Position numbers and translations under genes: made by a program. 64,000 nucleotides of DNA from Alloprevotella sp. Its GTDB lineage: Bacteria; Bacteroidota; Bacteroidia; Bacteroidales; Bacteroidaceae. The stretch covers positions 27,180 through 91,179 of the forward strand of contig JAFUZP010000032.1 of the NCBI GenBank assembly GCA_017476545.1, given 5' to 3'. The notes beneath the pieces are model-generated. The model was not told where the DNA came from. It saw only the letters and a program-made list of their open reading frames with translations, and searched no databases. This document shows positions 42,430 through 50,954 of the stretch, piece after piece. Each line of letters begins with the position of its first letter. Positions within the stretch are counted from its first letter, which is position 1.

Positions 42430-42585
42430 AGTTGGTATGTTGTTTTTGGGATTGTGGGCAATGTGCAACAACCCGCTGCGGGAACTTGCCAAAGCCCGGA
42501 ATGATTTTTTCAGGATGGTAGTGAGGGAGGAATGGCTTGGCGGTGCGGCGAACCGCTGCACGGCTAAACCAGCTCAATCGCGGTG

Positions 42586-42593
42586 CAAAAGTA
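42586..42593 (-). promoter_or_regulatory. -7 box (TACTTTTG) for rho
   Basis: TAnnTTTG match about 155 nt upstream of the ATG. Confidence 0.55.
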
Positions 42594-42662
42594 CGAAAAA
42601 AAACGGGTTCAGCAAGAATTTAGCGTTTTTTTTGCATGCATAACGTTAGGAGAAGGCGAAAA

Positions 42663-43014
42663 TGTTTCACGCTGGAAAAGTAAAAAGTATTGACATGGGA
42701 ACATGCGCGTTCTAGCACTAAAAATGCGCGTCCGGGGGATATTCTTTCCTGTCCCGTGGGGGAATTTTCACTAACGTAGGGGTTAGTTTTCCGTAACCCT
42801 ATGGGTAATTTGCGCTAGAAGTACCGTTACGAGGCCACCAACGAAGGGCTATCTTGGCGTTCCTGCTGGGATAAAACAGAAAAACAGACCAGAAAATGGC
42901 CTGTTTTCGGTGATATAGGACAAAATTCCCTCACGGAACTGGCTGCGTTACAGCCGGCTCAGGTTTAGTCTGCAGGAAATGCACGATTCTCCGAGCCTGC
43001 GTGACCGTGAAACA
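42663..43014 (-). mobile_element. Non-coding ~352-bp MITE-like element, copy B (inverted), containing array 4
   Basis: TGTTTCACG at 42663-42671 and CGTGAAACA at 43006-43014; the reverse complement starts TGTTTCACGGTCACG exactly as copy A does. Confidence 0.65.
42728..42873. repeat. 22-bp-period palindromic array 4 (eroded)
   Basis: Good cores taacgtaggggtta (42772) and taaccctatgggta (42794); in-phase decayed cores at 42728, 42750, 42816, 42838 and 42860. Confidence 0.8.
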
Positions 43015-43027
43015 CACTGCCCTAGAA

Positions 43028-43612
43028 CTATGATTTTTCCCCGAGGTAGCGGCGGAAATAGTCCCGCAATGCGGTACGCGCCCCACTGAGGCGTTCCTCC
43101 CAAATCTGCATGGAGTTCTGCCCGACCACATCGGTTACGTATTTTACGGCTACGAAAGGTATGCCGAACTCCCTGCATACAAGGGCTTCGGCAAAGGCTT
43201 CCATGTCAATGACGTCACCGTCCACATGGTCGGCAGCCGTCACAAAATCTTCCCCGGTGTTGCAGGTAAAAATTCCTTGCGCATGCTGGCCGCAAGTGAT
43301 GGTGGGCAGTTCGGGGAAAGGGACTGTGGCCTCGCTACGTACTTCAGGCGAAATACTGTCAAATTTCTGCCGCGCTATGTCGCGGTCAACGAAGCGACGG
43401 CATACAAAAATGTCACCGACGGAATGGCACAATGTGCCCGCTGAGCCGATGTTAAGCACAGCATCGGGATGGTGTTCAGCAATGGCGCGGGAAAGCCGGG
43501 CGGCGGCATAGGGTTTTGAGATGCCCGTGATGCAGGTGACACTCTCCCACCCCGGCAGTTCCACGGGAACGACCTCTTCCGGCAGGGCGAATGCTAAGAG
43601 AAGTTTCTTCAT
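43028..43612 (-). CDS. Nucleosidase (MTA/SAH nucleosidase / PNP superfamily)
   Basis: LNIGSAG, TGEDFV, DMEAFA and KYVTD motifs. Confidence 0.85.
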   Translation of the reverse strand: MKKLLLAFALPEEVVPVELPGWESVTCITGISKPYAAARLSRAIAEHHPDAVLNIGSAGTLCHSVGDIFVCRRFVDRDIARQKFDSISPEVRSEATVPFPELPTITCGQHAQGIFTCNTGEDFVTAADHVDGDVIDMEAFAEALVCREFGIPFVAVKYVTDVVGQNSMQIWEERLSGARTALRDYFRRYLGEKS

Positions 43613-43622
43613 GGTTTGAATT

Positions 43623-45317
43623 TTAGTCAGTCAGTTTGCGGTAGCGAATACGCTTGGGTTCTTCAATCCCAAGGCGCTTGGCTTTGTTAATTTCATAGTC
43701 ACTATAGGAGCCTTCAAAGAAGCATACGGTGCCGTCACCCTCAAAGGCGAGGATGTGCGTGCAGATGCGGTCCAGAAACCAGCGGTCGTGGCTGATGACT
43801 ACAGCACATCCCGCGAAAGCCTCAAGGCCCTCCTCGAGAGCGCGGAGCGTATTCACGTCAATATCGTTTGTAGGCTCATCAAGCAATAACACATTGCCTT
43901 CCTGCTTCAAAGCCAGGGCCAGATGGAGGCGGTTGCGCTCTCCGCCGGAGAGGACACCGCACTTCTTCTGCTGGTCGTTGCCGGCAAAGTTGAAGCGGCT
44001 AAGGTAGGCACGGGCATTCACATCGCGCCCGCCGAGACGCATCAGTTCGTTACCTTGGCTTACCACCTCGTAAACGGTCTTTTCCGGGTCAATGTCTTTG
44101 TGCTGCTGGTCCACATAGGAAATCTTTACTGTATCCCCGACTTCAAACATGCCGGCATCCGCCTGTTCCAGTCCCATAATAAGGCGGAACAGAGTCGTTT
44201 TTCCCGCTCCGTTGGGGCCTATGACACCGATGATTCCGTTGGGGGGTAGCATGAAGTTAAGGTCGGAAAAGAGCGTCTTATCCCCGAAGGCTTTTGCCAC
44301 GTGCTGCGCCTCAATGACCTTGTTACCGAGGCGCGGGCCGTTAGGGATGTATATCTCCAGCTTTTGTTCCTTCTCCTTCTGGTCTTCATTGAGCAGCTTG
44401 TCGTAAGAATTCAGGCGGGCTTTTCCTTTTGCCTGCCGTGCCTTCGGAGCCATACGCACCCACTCTAACTCGCGTTCCAGCGTCTTGCGGCGTTTGCTGG
44501 CCGTCTTCTCCTCCTGTTCAAGGCGCTTGGACTTCTGTTCCAGCCAGCTGCTGTAATTTCCTTTCCAAGGGATACCTTCGCCCCGGTCAAGCTCAAGAAT
44601 CCAGCCCGCAACGTCATCGAGGAAGTAGCGGTCGTGCGTCACGGCGATGACCGTACCTTCATACTGGTTCAGGTGCTGTTCCAGCCAGTCGATGCTCTCC
44701 GCATCAAGGTGGTTGGTGGGCTCGTCAAGCAACAATATGTCGGGCTTTTGCAAAAGCAGACGGCACAATGCCACGCGTCGCCGCTCGCCCCCGCTGAGAT
44801 GCTCTACGCCCTGGTCGGCAGGCGGGCAGCGTAATGCGTCCATCGCGCGCTCTAAGCGGGAATCAAGGTTCCAGACGTCGTGCGCATCCAGGTAGTCCTG
44901 CAGCTCTCCCTGGCGGGCGAAGAGTTTGTTCATCTTCTCTTCGTCCTCGTAGTACTCGGGCAAGCCGAACTTATCGTTGATGGCATTGTACTCCGCCATG
45001 GCGTTTATTTCCTCCTGAACGCCCTCCTGCACCACTTCGCGCACCGTCTTCTCCGCATCCAGCTGCGGCTCCTGTGGCAAGTAACCCACGCTATAGCCGG
45101 GAGAGAATACCACTTGCCCCTGATAATCTTGGTCTAATCCCGCAATGATTCGGAGCAGAGTTGATTTTCCCGCACCGTTCAAGCCGATGATACCTATCTT
45201 CGCGCCGTAAAAGAAGCTAAGGTAAATGTCTTTTAATACCTGCTTGTTAGTTTGCTTAATGGTCTTTGAGAGTCCAACCATTGAGAAGATAATCTGTTTT
45301 TCTTCGCCGTTTGCCAT
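43623..45317 (-). CDS. ettA: Energy-dependent translational throttle protein
   Basis: IYLSFFYGAKIG, ELEWVRMAPKARQAKGKARL and IPNGPRLG motifs; two ABC cassettes. Confidence 0.95.
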   Translation of the reverse strand: MANGEEKQIIFSMVGLSKTIKQTNKQVLKDIYLSFFYGAKIGIIGLNGAGKSTLLRIIAGLDQDYQGQVVFSPGYSVGYLPQEPQLDAEKTVREVVQEGVQEEINAMAEYNAINDKFGLPEYYEDEEKMNKLFARQGELQDYLDAHDVWNLDSRLERAMDALRCPPADQGVEHLSGGERRRVALCRLLLQKPDILLLDEPTNHLDAESIDWLEQHLNQYEGTVIAVTHDRYFLDDVAGWILELDRGEGIPWKGNYSSWLEQKSKRLEQEEKTASKRRKTLERELEWVRMAPKARQAKGKARLNSYDKLLNEDQKEKEQKLEIYIPNGPRLGNKVIEAQHVAKAFGDKTLFSDLNFMLPPNGIIGVIGPNGAGKTTLFRLIMGLEQADAGMFEVGDTVKISYVDQQHKDIDPEKTVYEVVSQGNELMRLGGRDVNARAYLSRFNFAGNDQQKKCGVLSGGERNRLHLALALKQEGNVLLLDEPTNDIDVNTLRALEEGLEAFAGCAVVISHDRWFLDRICTHILAFEGDGTVCFFEGSYSDYEINKAKRLGIEEPKRIRYRKLTD

Positions 45318-45404
45318 GTCGTATCTGTAGCGTTAGTTCGTTTTCGCCTGCGAAGTTACGAAAAAAAGTGCGGCTGGCAAGGATTATGTCCGCCGATGCG
45401 CGAC

Positions 45405-45443
45405 AAAATAACGCGCGCCCAGGTGGTTCCCCTGCGCGCGCGT
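45405..45443 (-). terminator. Intrinsic terminator after the FadL-like gene
   Basis: GC-rich stem acgcgcgc...gcgcgcgt followed by tatttt on the minus strand. Confidence 0.65.
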
Positions 45444-45470
45444 ATTTATAATAAATGTGTGTTGTACTCC

Positions 45471-47096
45471 TCAGAACTTGTAGCCTACGGTAAGCATAAC
45501 GTTCTGGCGGTTCAAGTCAAAGCTCTGTTTCGGCAGCATGTTCGTGCGGTGATCACCGACAATGTTCCCGCTATCGTCCTGTTTAAAGACGTGAAACGCG
45601 CATACGTCACCCTTCTGGGCTTGGAACTGGTAGGCAATGTCGGCGTACCAGTGCTTGCCACGATAGCCGAAACCTGCCGTTACGCGGTTAATAGCGCCGA
45701 GATTCACGTATTCCGTCCCCGTGCTGTTGATGATTCCCTCTGAGTCGCCGTCCGGCGTGTCCTGCCCTATGAAGAAGTTTTTATAGGCATCGTCCTTAAA
45801 GGGGCTGCTGACGTAGTTGTAACCAAGGCGGGCAAAAACGCCTTTCGCGAGCTTAGCTTCCAAGCCGATGCGGAATGTGCTCACGCCACGCATATACTTG
45901 TCGATTTCCTTCCCGAGGGGGCGGTCCTTGTAAGTATTGCCGAAGACGTTGTTGCCGAAACTCCAGTCGTAATTGTAGTACCCTTTCGGATAGCGCACAC
46001 TGGCACCTTTGTAGTCCTTGTACTCGTATTCGGCGTCAATAGCCAGCCAGTCTTCAACCGTCGTCGCGAGGCTCACATTGAACTTCCACGGTGTCGTGAT
46101 GCGGTAATCGAAGTCTTTCGTCGGCACATACCCGGAGTTCGTCGTGATATTGCCTGCGTCATCCATGCCGGGGTCTTCGGTGCGGAGCACGTTGTTGCCC
46201 GTAAGGTTGTACCAGGTCGGCGTGCTGACGGAGAGACCGATGCGGAAGGGGCTGTCCTCCACGGGACGTCCGATGAAGCCGAACTTCATATCGAAACCGC
46301 TACCCGAGATGCGCTCGTCATTGTCCATAGCATGATAAACGCCTGCCGGCATGTCCGCCGGGTCCAGCAGCTGCTCCCGATAATAGGTATAGGAGTTCCA
46401 GTTTACGTTATATGCCCCTAAAGTCAGACCGAAGTACCAGCGGTTATCCGTATTGAAGGAGATATTGAAGGCGTACTGCTGGATACTGCCGTATTGGATG
46501 CGGTCTAGGGCGTAATCACCTGCATTGAAACCGATGAGCGACCCGTCCAATGGATTTCCGCTGATGGCCCCCGACTGGAAACCAGCCTCCGCCAATGGAG
46601 AAACGAACTCTTCCGTTCCGTCGTCCCAAATGCCGTAGTAGTTGCCGAGGTCGGCCATCTGCCACGTCTGGGAGATACCATCACGCAACGGTCCGCTGAT
46701 ACCTATGTAATTCTTCATGTTGCGCCGCTTCTGATAATTGAAGCCGATATTTACGAATTTCAGGTGGTCGCTGTTGATTGGCGCGGCATATACGAAGCCA
46801 ATTTGGTCGAACGAGGCACGCGTCTTGCCGATGTCGTCCATCTTAGCACCGTTTGGCTGGATGCTAAGGCTACCTGTCAGCGCAAAGTCGCTGCGCCGGT
46901 AGAGGCCGATGGCGGCCGGGTTCGTTCCGATGGTAGAGAGGTCGGCACCTAGGGCGTTCATAGCACCGCCCATGCCGACGAAGCGCGATGTGCCGTTGAG
47001 GTCTTCGCCGGAAAAGTTCTCCACTTTATAAATATCCTGTGCCGCTACGGGAAATGCCAATAGGGCGGCAAGGAGCAATGACTGGTTTCTTTTCAT
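45471..47096 (-). CDS. OmpP1/FadL-like outer-membrane beta-barrel
   Basis: Signal peptide; GTSRFVGMGGAMNALGADLS...NPAAIG; C-terminal GYKF. Confidence 0.85.
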   Translation of the reverse strand: MKRNQSLLLAALLAFPVAAQDIYKVENFSGEDLNGTSRFVGMGGAMNALGADLSTIGTNPAAIGLYRRSDFALTGSLSIQPNGAKMDDIGKTRASFDQIGFVYAAPINSDHLKFVNIGFNYQKRRNMKNYIGISGPLRDGISQTWQMADLGNYYGIWDDGTEEFVSPLAEAGFQSGAISGNPLDGSLIGFNAGDYALDRIQYGSIQQYAFNISFNTDNRWYFGLTLGAYNVNWNSYTYYREQLLDPADMPAGVYHAMDNDERISGSGFDMKFGFIGRPVEDSPFRIGLSVSTPTWYNLTGNNVLRTEDPGMDDAGNITTNSGYVPTKDFDYRITTPWKFNVSLATTVEDWLAIDAEYEYKDYKGASVRYPKGYYNYDWSFGNNVFGNTYKDRPLGKEIDKYMRGVSTFRIGLEAKLAKGVFARLGYNYVSSPFKDDAYKNFFIGQDTPDGDSEGIINSTGTEYVNLGAINRVTAGFGYRGKHWYADIAYQFQAQKGDVCAFHVFKQDDSGNIVGDHRTNMLPKQSFDLNRQNVMLTVGYKF

Positions 47097-47155
47097 TGTC
47101 GTTGTGTATCGTTAGGTATCACAAAGTAATAGTTCTCAGAAGTCCGATTGATGCT

Positions 47156-48289
47156 TTAGCGCCGTCCGCCGAAGCCCCGGCCACCACCACCGGAAGAGCT
47201 GCTGCCACCTCCGCCAAAGCTGCGGCCTCCGCCGGAGAAGCTCCCACCAGAGGAACTACGCCCGGAGCCGGAACTGGAGGAGCCAAAGCCCCTACCCTGC
47301 GATGAGCGGGAACCGCTGCTCGGTGCGGTCTGCGTGTTGCGCGTGGTGGAACGCGGCGCGGTTGTGCCGGAAGAGTTAGAGGTACCTGAGCCGAAACTGC
47401 GCCCGCGATAGGTGCCGGTGGAGCTGGAAGTACCGAAATTGCGCGTTGAACGCCCGGGGTTGGTAGTCGTACCGTTCATGCGGTTGTTTGTAGCCGTGCC
47501 ATTAGCCGTTCCGAAGCGACGCGTGCCGCTCGTACCGGCCAGCGTTCCGCTTCCGAAGCGGCCGCCTGTGCGTGAGCCAGAGCCTACACCGAGACTGCCC
47601 GAACGCCCTGCCGCGTGGTTTCCACGGAAGCTACCCCAGCCCCGGCGGCCATCGCCATAGGCGTAGGTGTGTCCGTAGTAACCTCCCCAGCCCGGACGGC
47701 TGTACCAACCGCCATAATAAGGATGGTGCCAGCCCCAGCTGCCGTAGTACCAGGGGGAGTACCAGCCGCTCCATCCCCAACCTGCATACCAACCATGGCT
47801 ACGCCAGCCCCATGACCAGCCGTACCAAGGATTGTACCAAGGGTCGTACCAGCCATGCCAGGAACGCCACGTCCAGTTATAGAATGGGTCGTAGCAGAAC
47901 GTGTCATAGTAGTCCCAATAATACGGACTTGCCACGACAACGCATCCCGGCGCGTGGAAGCGCACAATGCGGGCGGTGCATTCACCGTCATTGTCGTAGC
48001 TGCGGCGGTCATCGTAGTCCGCTTCCTCGTCCTGTGCGGGAGCGGTCGTGGAACTGCCACGGCGGTTGTAGTCGTCCACGTCCCGATTTGAGCGGCGTCC
48101 GGCATACCAGTTGTCCGCATCGTCGTCTGTGGTGGCTATCTCTTCATATTCGGAACGGTAGGTCTTAACATCTTTCTTCGTATTTTCCTTCGCGGCCTTG
48201 GAAGGTACGAAGTACACGTCATCGTCCTGCGCATAGCCGCTGAAGGCTACAAAGCAGGCAAGGGCTGAGAGTAAAAGCGACTTTTTCAT
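47156..48289 (-). CDS. Exported low-complexity protein (Trp/Tyr/Gly-rich block and Gly/Ser/Arg tail)
   Basis: Signal peptide; DDVYF and DVDDYNRR motifs; co-oriented upstream of the FadL-like gene; -7 box at 48414-48421. Confidence 0.75.
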   Translation of the reverse strand: MKKSLLLSALACFVAFSGYAQDDDVYFVPSKAAKENTKKDVKTYRSEYEEIATTDDDADNWYAGRRSNRDVDDYNRRGSSTTAPAQDEEADYDDRRSYDNDGECTARIVRFHAPGCVVVASPYYWDYYDTFCYDPFYNWTWRSWHGWYDPWYNPWYGWSWGWRSHGWYAGWGWSGWYSPWYYGSWGWHHPYYGGWYSRPGWGGYYGHTYAYGDGRRGWGSFRGNHAAGRSGSLGVGSGSRTGGRFGSGTLAGTSGTRRFGTANGTATNNRMNGTTTNPGRSTRNFGTSSSTGTYRGRSFGSGTSNSSGTTAPRSTTRNTQTAPSSGSRSSQGRGFGSSSSGSGRSSSGGSFSGGGRSFGGGGSSSSGGGGRGFGGRR

Positions 48290-48621
48290 TTTCTTCTTAT
48301 TGATGTTTTGGTTAGTTGTTCCTGTCGTTTGTTTTCCCTTTGACGGGTGCGGGACGCAAAAGTTAATCCGGCGTATGCACTTTTTTGCACGGAGCCCGCA
48401 TCTTTGTCAGAGGCAAATTTACCCTTTTCCCATCAAACGGGAAAACCTGCCCGGGCGTTTTTACATTCTTCAACGCTCTTTTAGGCTTCTTTAACGCCCG
48501 CTCCCCTGCCCGGAACGCCTGCAGAAACAGGGTCGGAGGCAAGATGTAAGCCGGATGGACGATGCGTAAAAACCATGGGGATATGCGGAAACCAGGCACG
48601 CCGCCATGGGCATGAAAAAAC

Positions 48622-48745
48622 TAACCGTAGGGATAGTTCTTCGTAACCCTGCGGTTAGTTTCTCGTAACCCTAGGGTCAGTTTACCGTAACCCTAGGGGT
48701 GGTTAGCCGATACCCTGCGGTCAGGAATGTCTCACCGCAGGGGGC
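48622..48745. repeat. 22-bp-period palindromic array 5 (six units)
   Basis: Cores at 48622, 48644, 48666, 48688, 48710 and 48732; linkers gttcttcg, gtttctcg, gtttaccg, gttagccg, ggaatgtc. Confidence 0.93.
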
Positions 48746-48758
48746 AAGCGACTGCCCC

Positions 48759-50867
48759 TCACTTCAAATATTTGTCCAGGAAGCGGAAGAAGGTGCGTTG
48801 CCACAGGATGCCGTTCTGCGGCTTCAGCACCCAGTGGTTCTCATCCGGGAAGAGGAGGAGCTGGGCATCAAGGCCACGCATGCGCGCGGCGGTGAAAGCG
48901 CTCTCTGCCTGCGTATATTCGATACGGAAATCGCGCTGTCCGTGGATGCAGAGTATGGGTGCGGTCCACTTATCCACATAGAGATGCGGGCTTTCACGGT
49001 AGGCTTTCTGCATTTGCCCGTCGGCCGCTTTCAACCAAGGCGCAGAACCGAGGTCCCAGTTGGGGAACCACATTTCCTCTGTCTCCACATACTGCTGCTG
49101 GGCGTTATAGATACCGTCGTGTGCGATAAGGGCTTTGAAACGCCCATCATGGTGTCCGGCGAGCCAATATACGCTGAAACCGCCAAAGGACGCACCGACC
49201 GCGCCGAGGCGGTCAGCATCTACGTAACGCTCCTTGCAGAGGTCGTCGATGGCGGAAAGATAGTCCTGCATACATTGCCCTGTGTAGTCGCCGCTGATGG
49301 CCTCCAGCCATTCCATGCCGAAGCCGGGAAGGCCGCGCCGGTTGGGGGCTATGATGATGTAACCGTTGGCCGCCATAATCTGGAAGTTCCAGCGGTAACT
49401 CCAGAACTGGCTGACGGGCGATTGCGGGCCACCTTCGCAGAAAAGCAGGGCGGGATACTTTTTCGAGGGATCGAACTGCGGCGGATAGATTACCCAGCAG
49501 AGCATATCCTTTCCGTCCGTAGTTTTTACCCAGCGCTCCCTCACGTCGCCCACGGCGAGCGTGCTGTAAATCCCGGCATTCACTTCCGTAAGCCGCTGCG
49601 CGATGGGGCGCAGGTCATGATGCGCCCGGCGGGTTGTCTCCACGCTGAGTGCGTAAAGGTCGTCCGGGTATTGCATTGAATGGCGCTTGAGGAGGAGTTG
49701 CTTCCCGTCGGCGGAGAGGCCGCAAACAGAATAGTCGGCCACGTCATCGGTGAGCTGCGCCACGTTTCCATCTATGTCAGTGCGGTAAACATTCGTCCGC
49801 CCGTGCCAAACGCCGCAGAAGTAAAGCGTTTTGCTGTCGGCTGCCCAGACAAACTTGTCCACGCCGCTCTCAAAGGACTCTGTCACGAAGCGGTGCTTCC
49901 CCGTCTTGAGGTCAAAAACGCAAAGACGCAGGCGGTCGCTCTCATACCCGTCGCGCTCCATAGACAGCCAGGCCACGTAGCGGCCGTCTGGCGAGAACTG
50001 CGGGTCTTGGTCATAACCGGGAAAACTTGCGTCACGGTTCACTTGCTGGTGTTCAAGGCTTCGGGCGAAGTCTGTATTGTATGTCTTAGTATTGTGTGCC
50101 TCGTCCTTGCAGAGGTTGCGCACGGTACGCTTCCCGGCGACATCATAGAGATAGATATCGGAGTCGGTAGAGATGGCGTAGTCGCGCCCCGTTTTTTTGC
50201 GGCATGTGTAGGCAATGGTTTTTCCGTCGGGGCTCCATGCCAGTTGCTCCACGCCCCCGAAAGGCTCCATCGGGCACTCAAAGGGTTCGCCGTCAAGGAT
50301 GTCTCTCTCGTTTGTTAGGCCGGCTCCGTCGTAGTCGGCCACAAAGGGGTGCGGCACTTCGCTTACGTAATGATCCCAATGCTTATACATCAAATCGTTT
50401 ATAACCATCCCGCTGGCCTCGGGGAGGTCGGCTTCTTTGGCAGCTATGCTCCCGTGCATCGGTACCATGCGCACCAAAATGACGCGTGACCCATCTGGTG
50501 AGAACAGGAAACCATCCACCCCCTCGGCAATAGCAGCGGCAGAGCTACCGTCGGCCTGCCCGACATAAAGGTTGCCGCCGCGCAGAAAGGCCACGCGACC
50601 GTCGGGAAGATAGGCGGGAGAGCCTCCTTGTGCTACCTGACGGCGTGTGCCGTCAGGCTGCTGCTCCCAAATGCGGCTCGTACCACGGTTCTGCTTTTTA
50701 CTATAATGTGTGACGGAATAAAGTAGCTTGCCGTCGGGCGAAAAGACGGCACTTCCAATGCGTCCCATCTCCCAAAGGCGTTCCGGGGTGAGGAGCTCCG
50801 TCTGCTGTGCGCCGGCGTTGATGGCGCAGCCAAGGGCGATAGTCATAACTATTTGCTTTGCGTTCAT
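48759..50867 (-). CDS. S9 family peptidase, dipeptidyl-peptidase 5-like
   Basis: Signal peptide, beta-propeller SPDG repeats, CEGGPQ, GASFGG (Ser), DFR (Asp) and DENHW (His). Confidence 0.9.
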   Translation of the reverse strand: MNAKQIVMTIALGCAINAGAQQTELLTPERLWEMGRIGSAVFSPDGKLLYSVTHYSKKQNRGTSRIWEQQPDGTRRQVAQGGSPAYLPDGRVAFLRGGNLYVGQADGSSAAAIAEGVDGFLFSPDGSRVILVRMVPMHGSIAAKEADLPEASGMVINDLMYKHWDHYVSEVPHPFVADYDGAGLTNERDILDGEPFECPMEPFGGVEQLAWSPDGKTIAYTCRKKTGRDYAISTDSDIYLYDVAGKRTVRNLCKDEAHNTKTYNTDFARSLEHQQVNRDASFPGYDQDPQFSPDGRYVAWLSMERDGYESDRLRLCVFDLKTGKHRFVTESFESGVDKFVWAADSKTLYFCGVWHGRTNVYRTDIDGNVAQLTDDVADYSVCGLSADGKQLLLKRHSMQYPDDLYALSVETTRRAHHDLRPIAQRLTEVNAGIYSTLAVGDVRERWVKTTDGKDMLCWVIYPPQFDPSKKYPALLFCEGGPQSPVSQFWSYRWNFQIMAANGYIIIAPNRRGLPGFGMEWLEAISGDYTGQCMQDYLSAIDDLCKERYVDADRLGAVGASFGGFSVYWLAGHHDGRFKALIAHDGIYNAQQQYVETEEMWFPNWDLGSAPWLKAADGQMQKAYRESPHLYVDKWTAPILCIHGQRDFRIEYTQAESAFTAARMRGLDAQLLLFPDENHWVLKPQNGILWQRTFFRFLDKYLK

Positions 50868-50954
50868 TGCTGAGGACGTTTTGCTTTTAATCAAAGGTAT
50901 GTTGCCGCGGCCTGGGCGCTGCGAAGTGAACAGCCGCTCCGCCGCCACCGAAAC

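Noticed and set aside
48622-48745. CRISPR interpretation of the repeat-linker arrays
   Set aside because: Repeats are 14 bp and degenerate, linkers are only 8 bp and resemble each other, and no cas genes are present in the window.
48699-49679. Long plus-strand ORFs (also 454-1143, 9983-10900, 41545-42504)
   Set aside because: Antisense shadows of well-supported minus-strand genes in GC-rich DNA, with no protein motifs.
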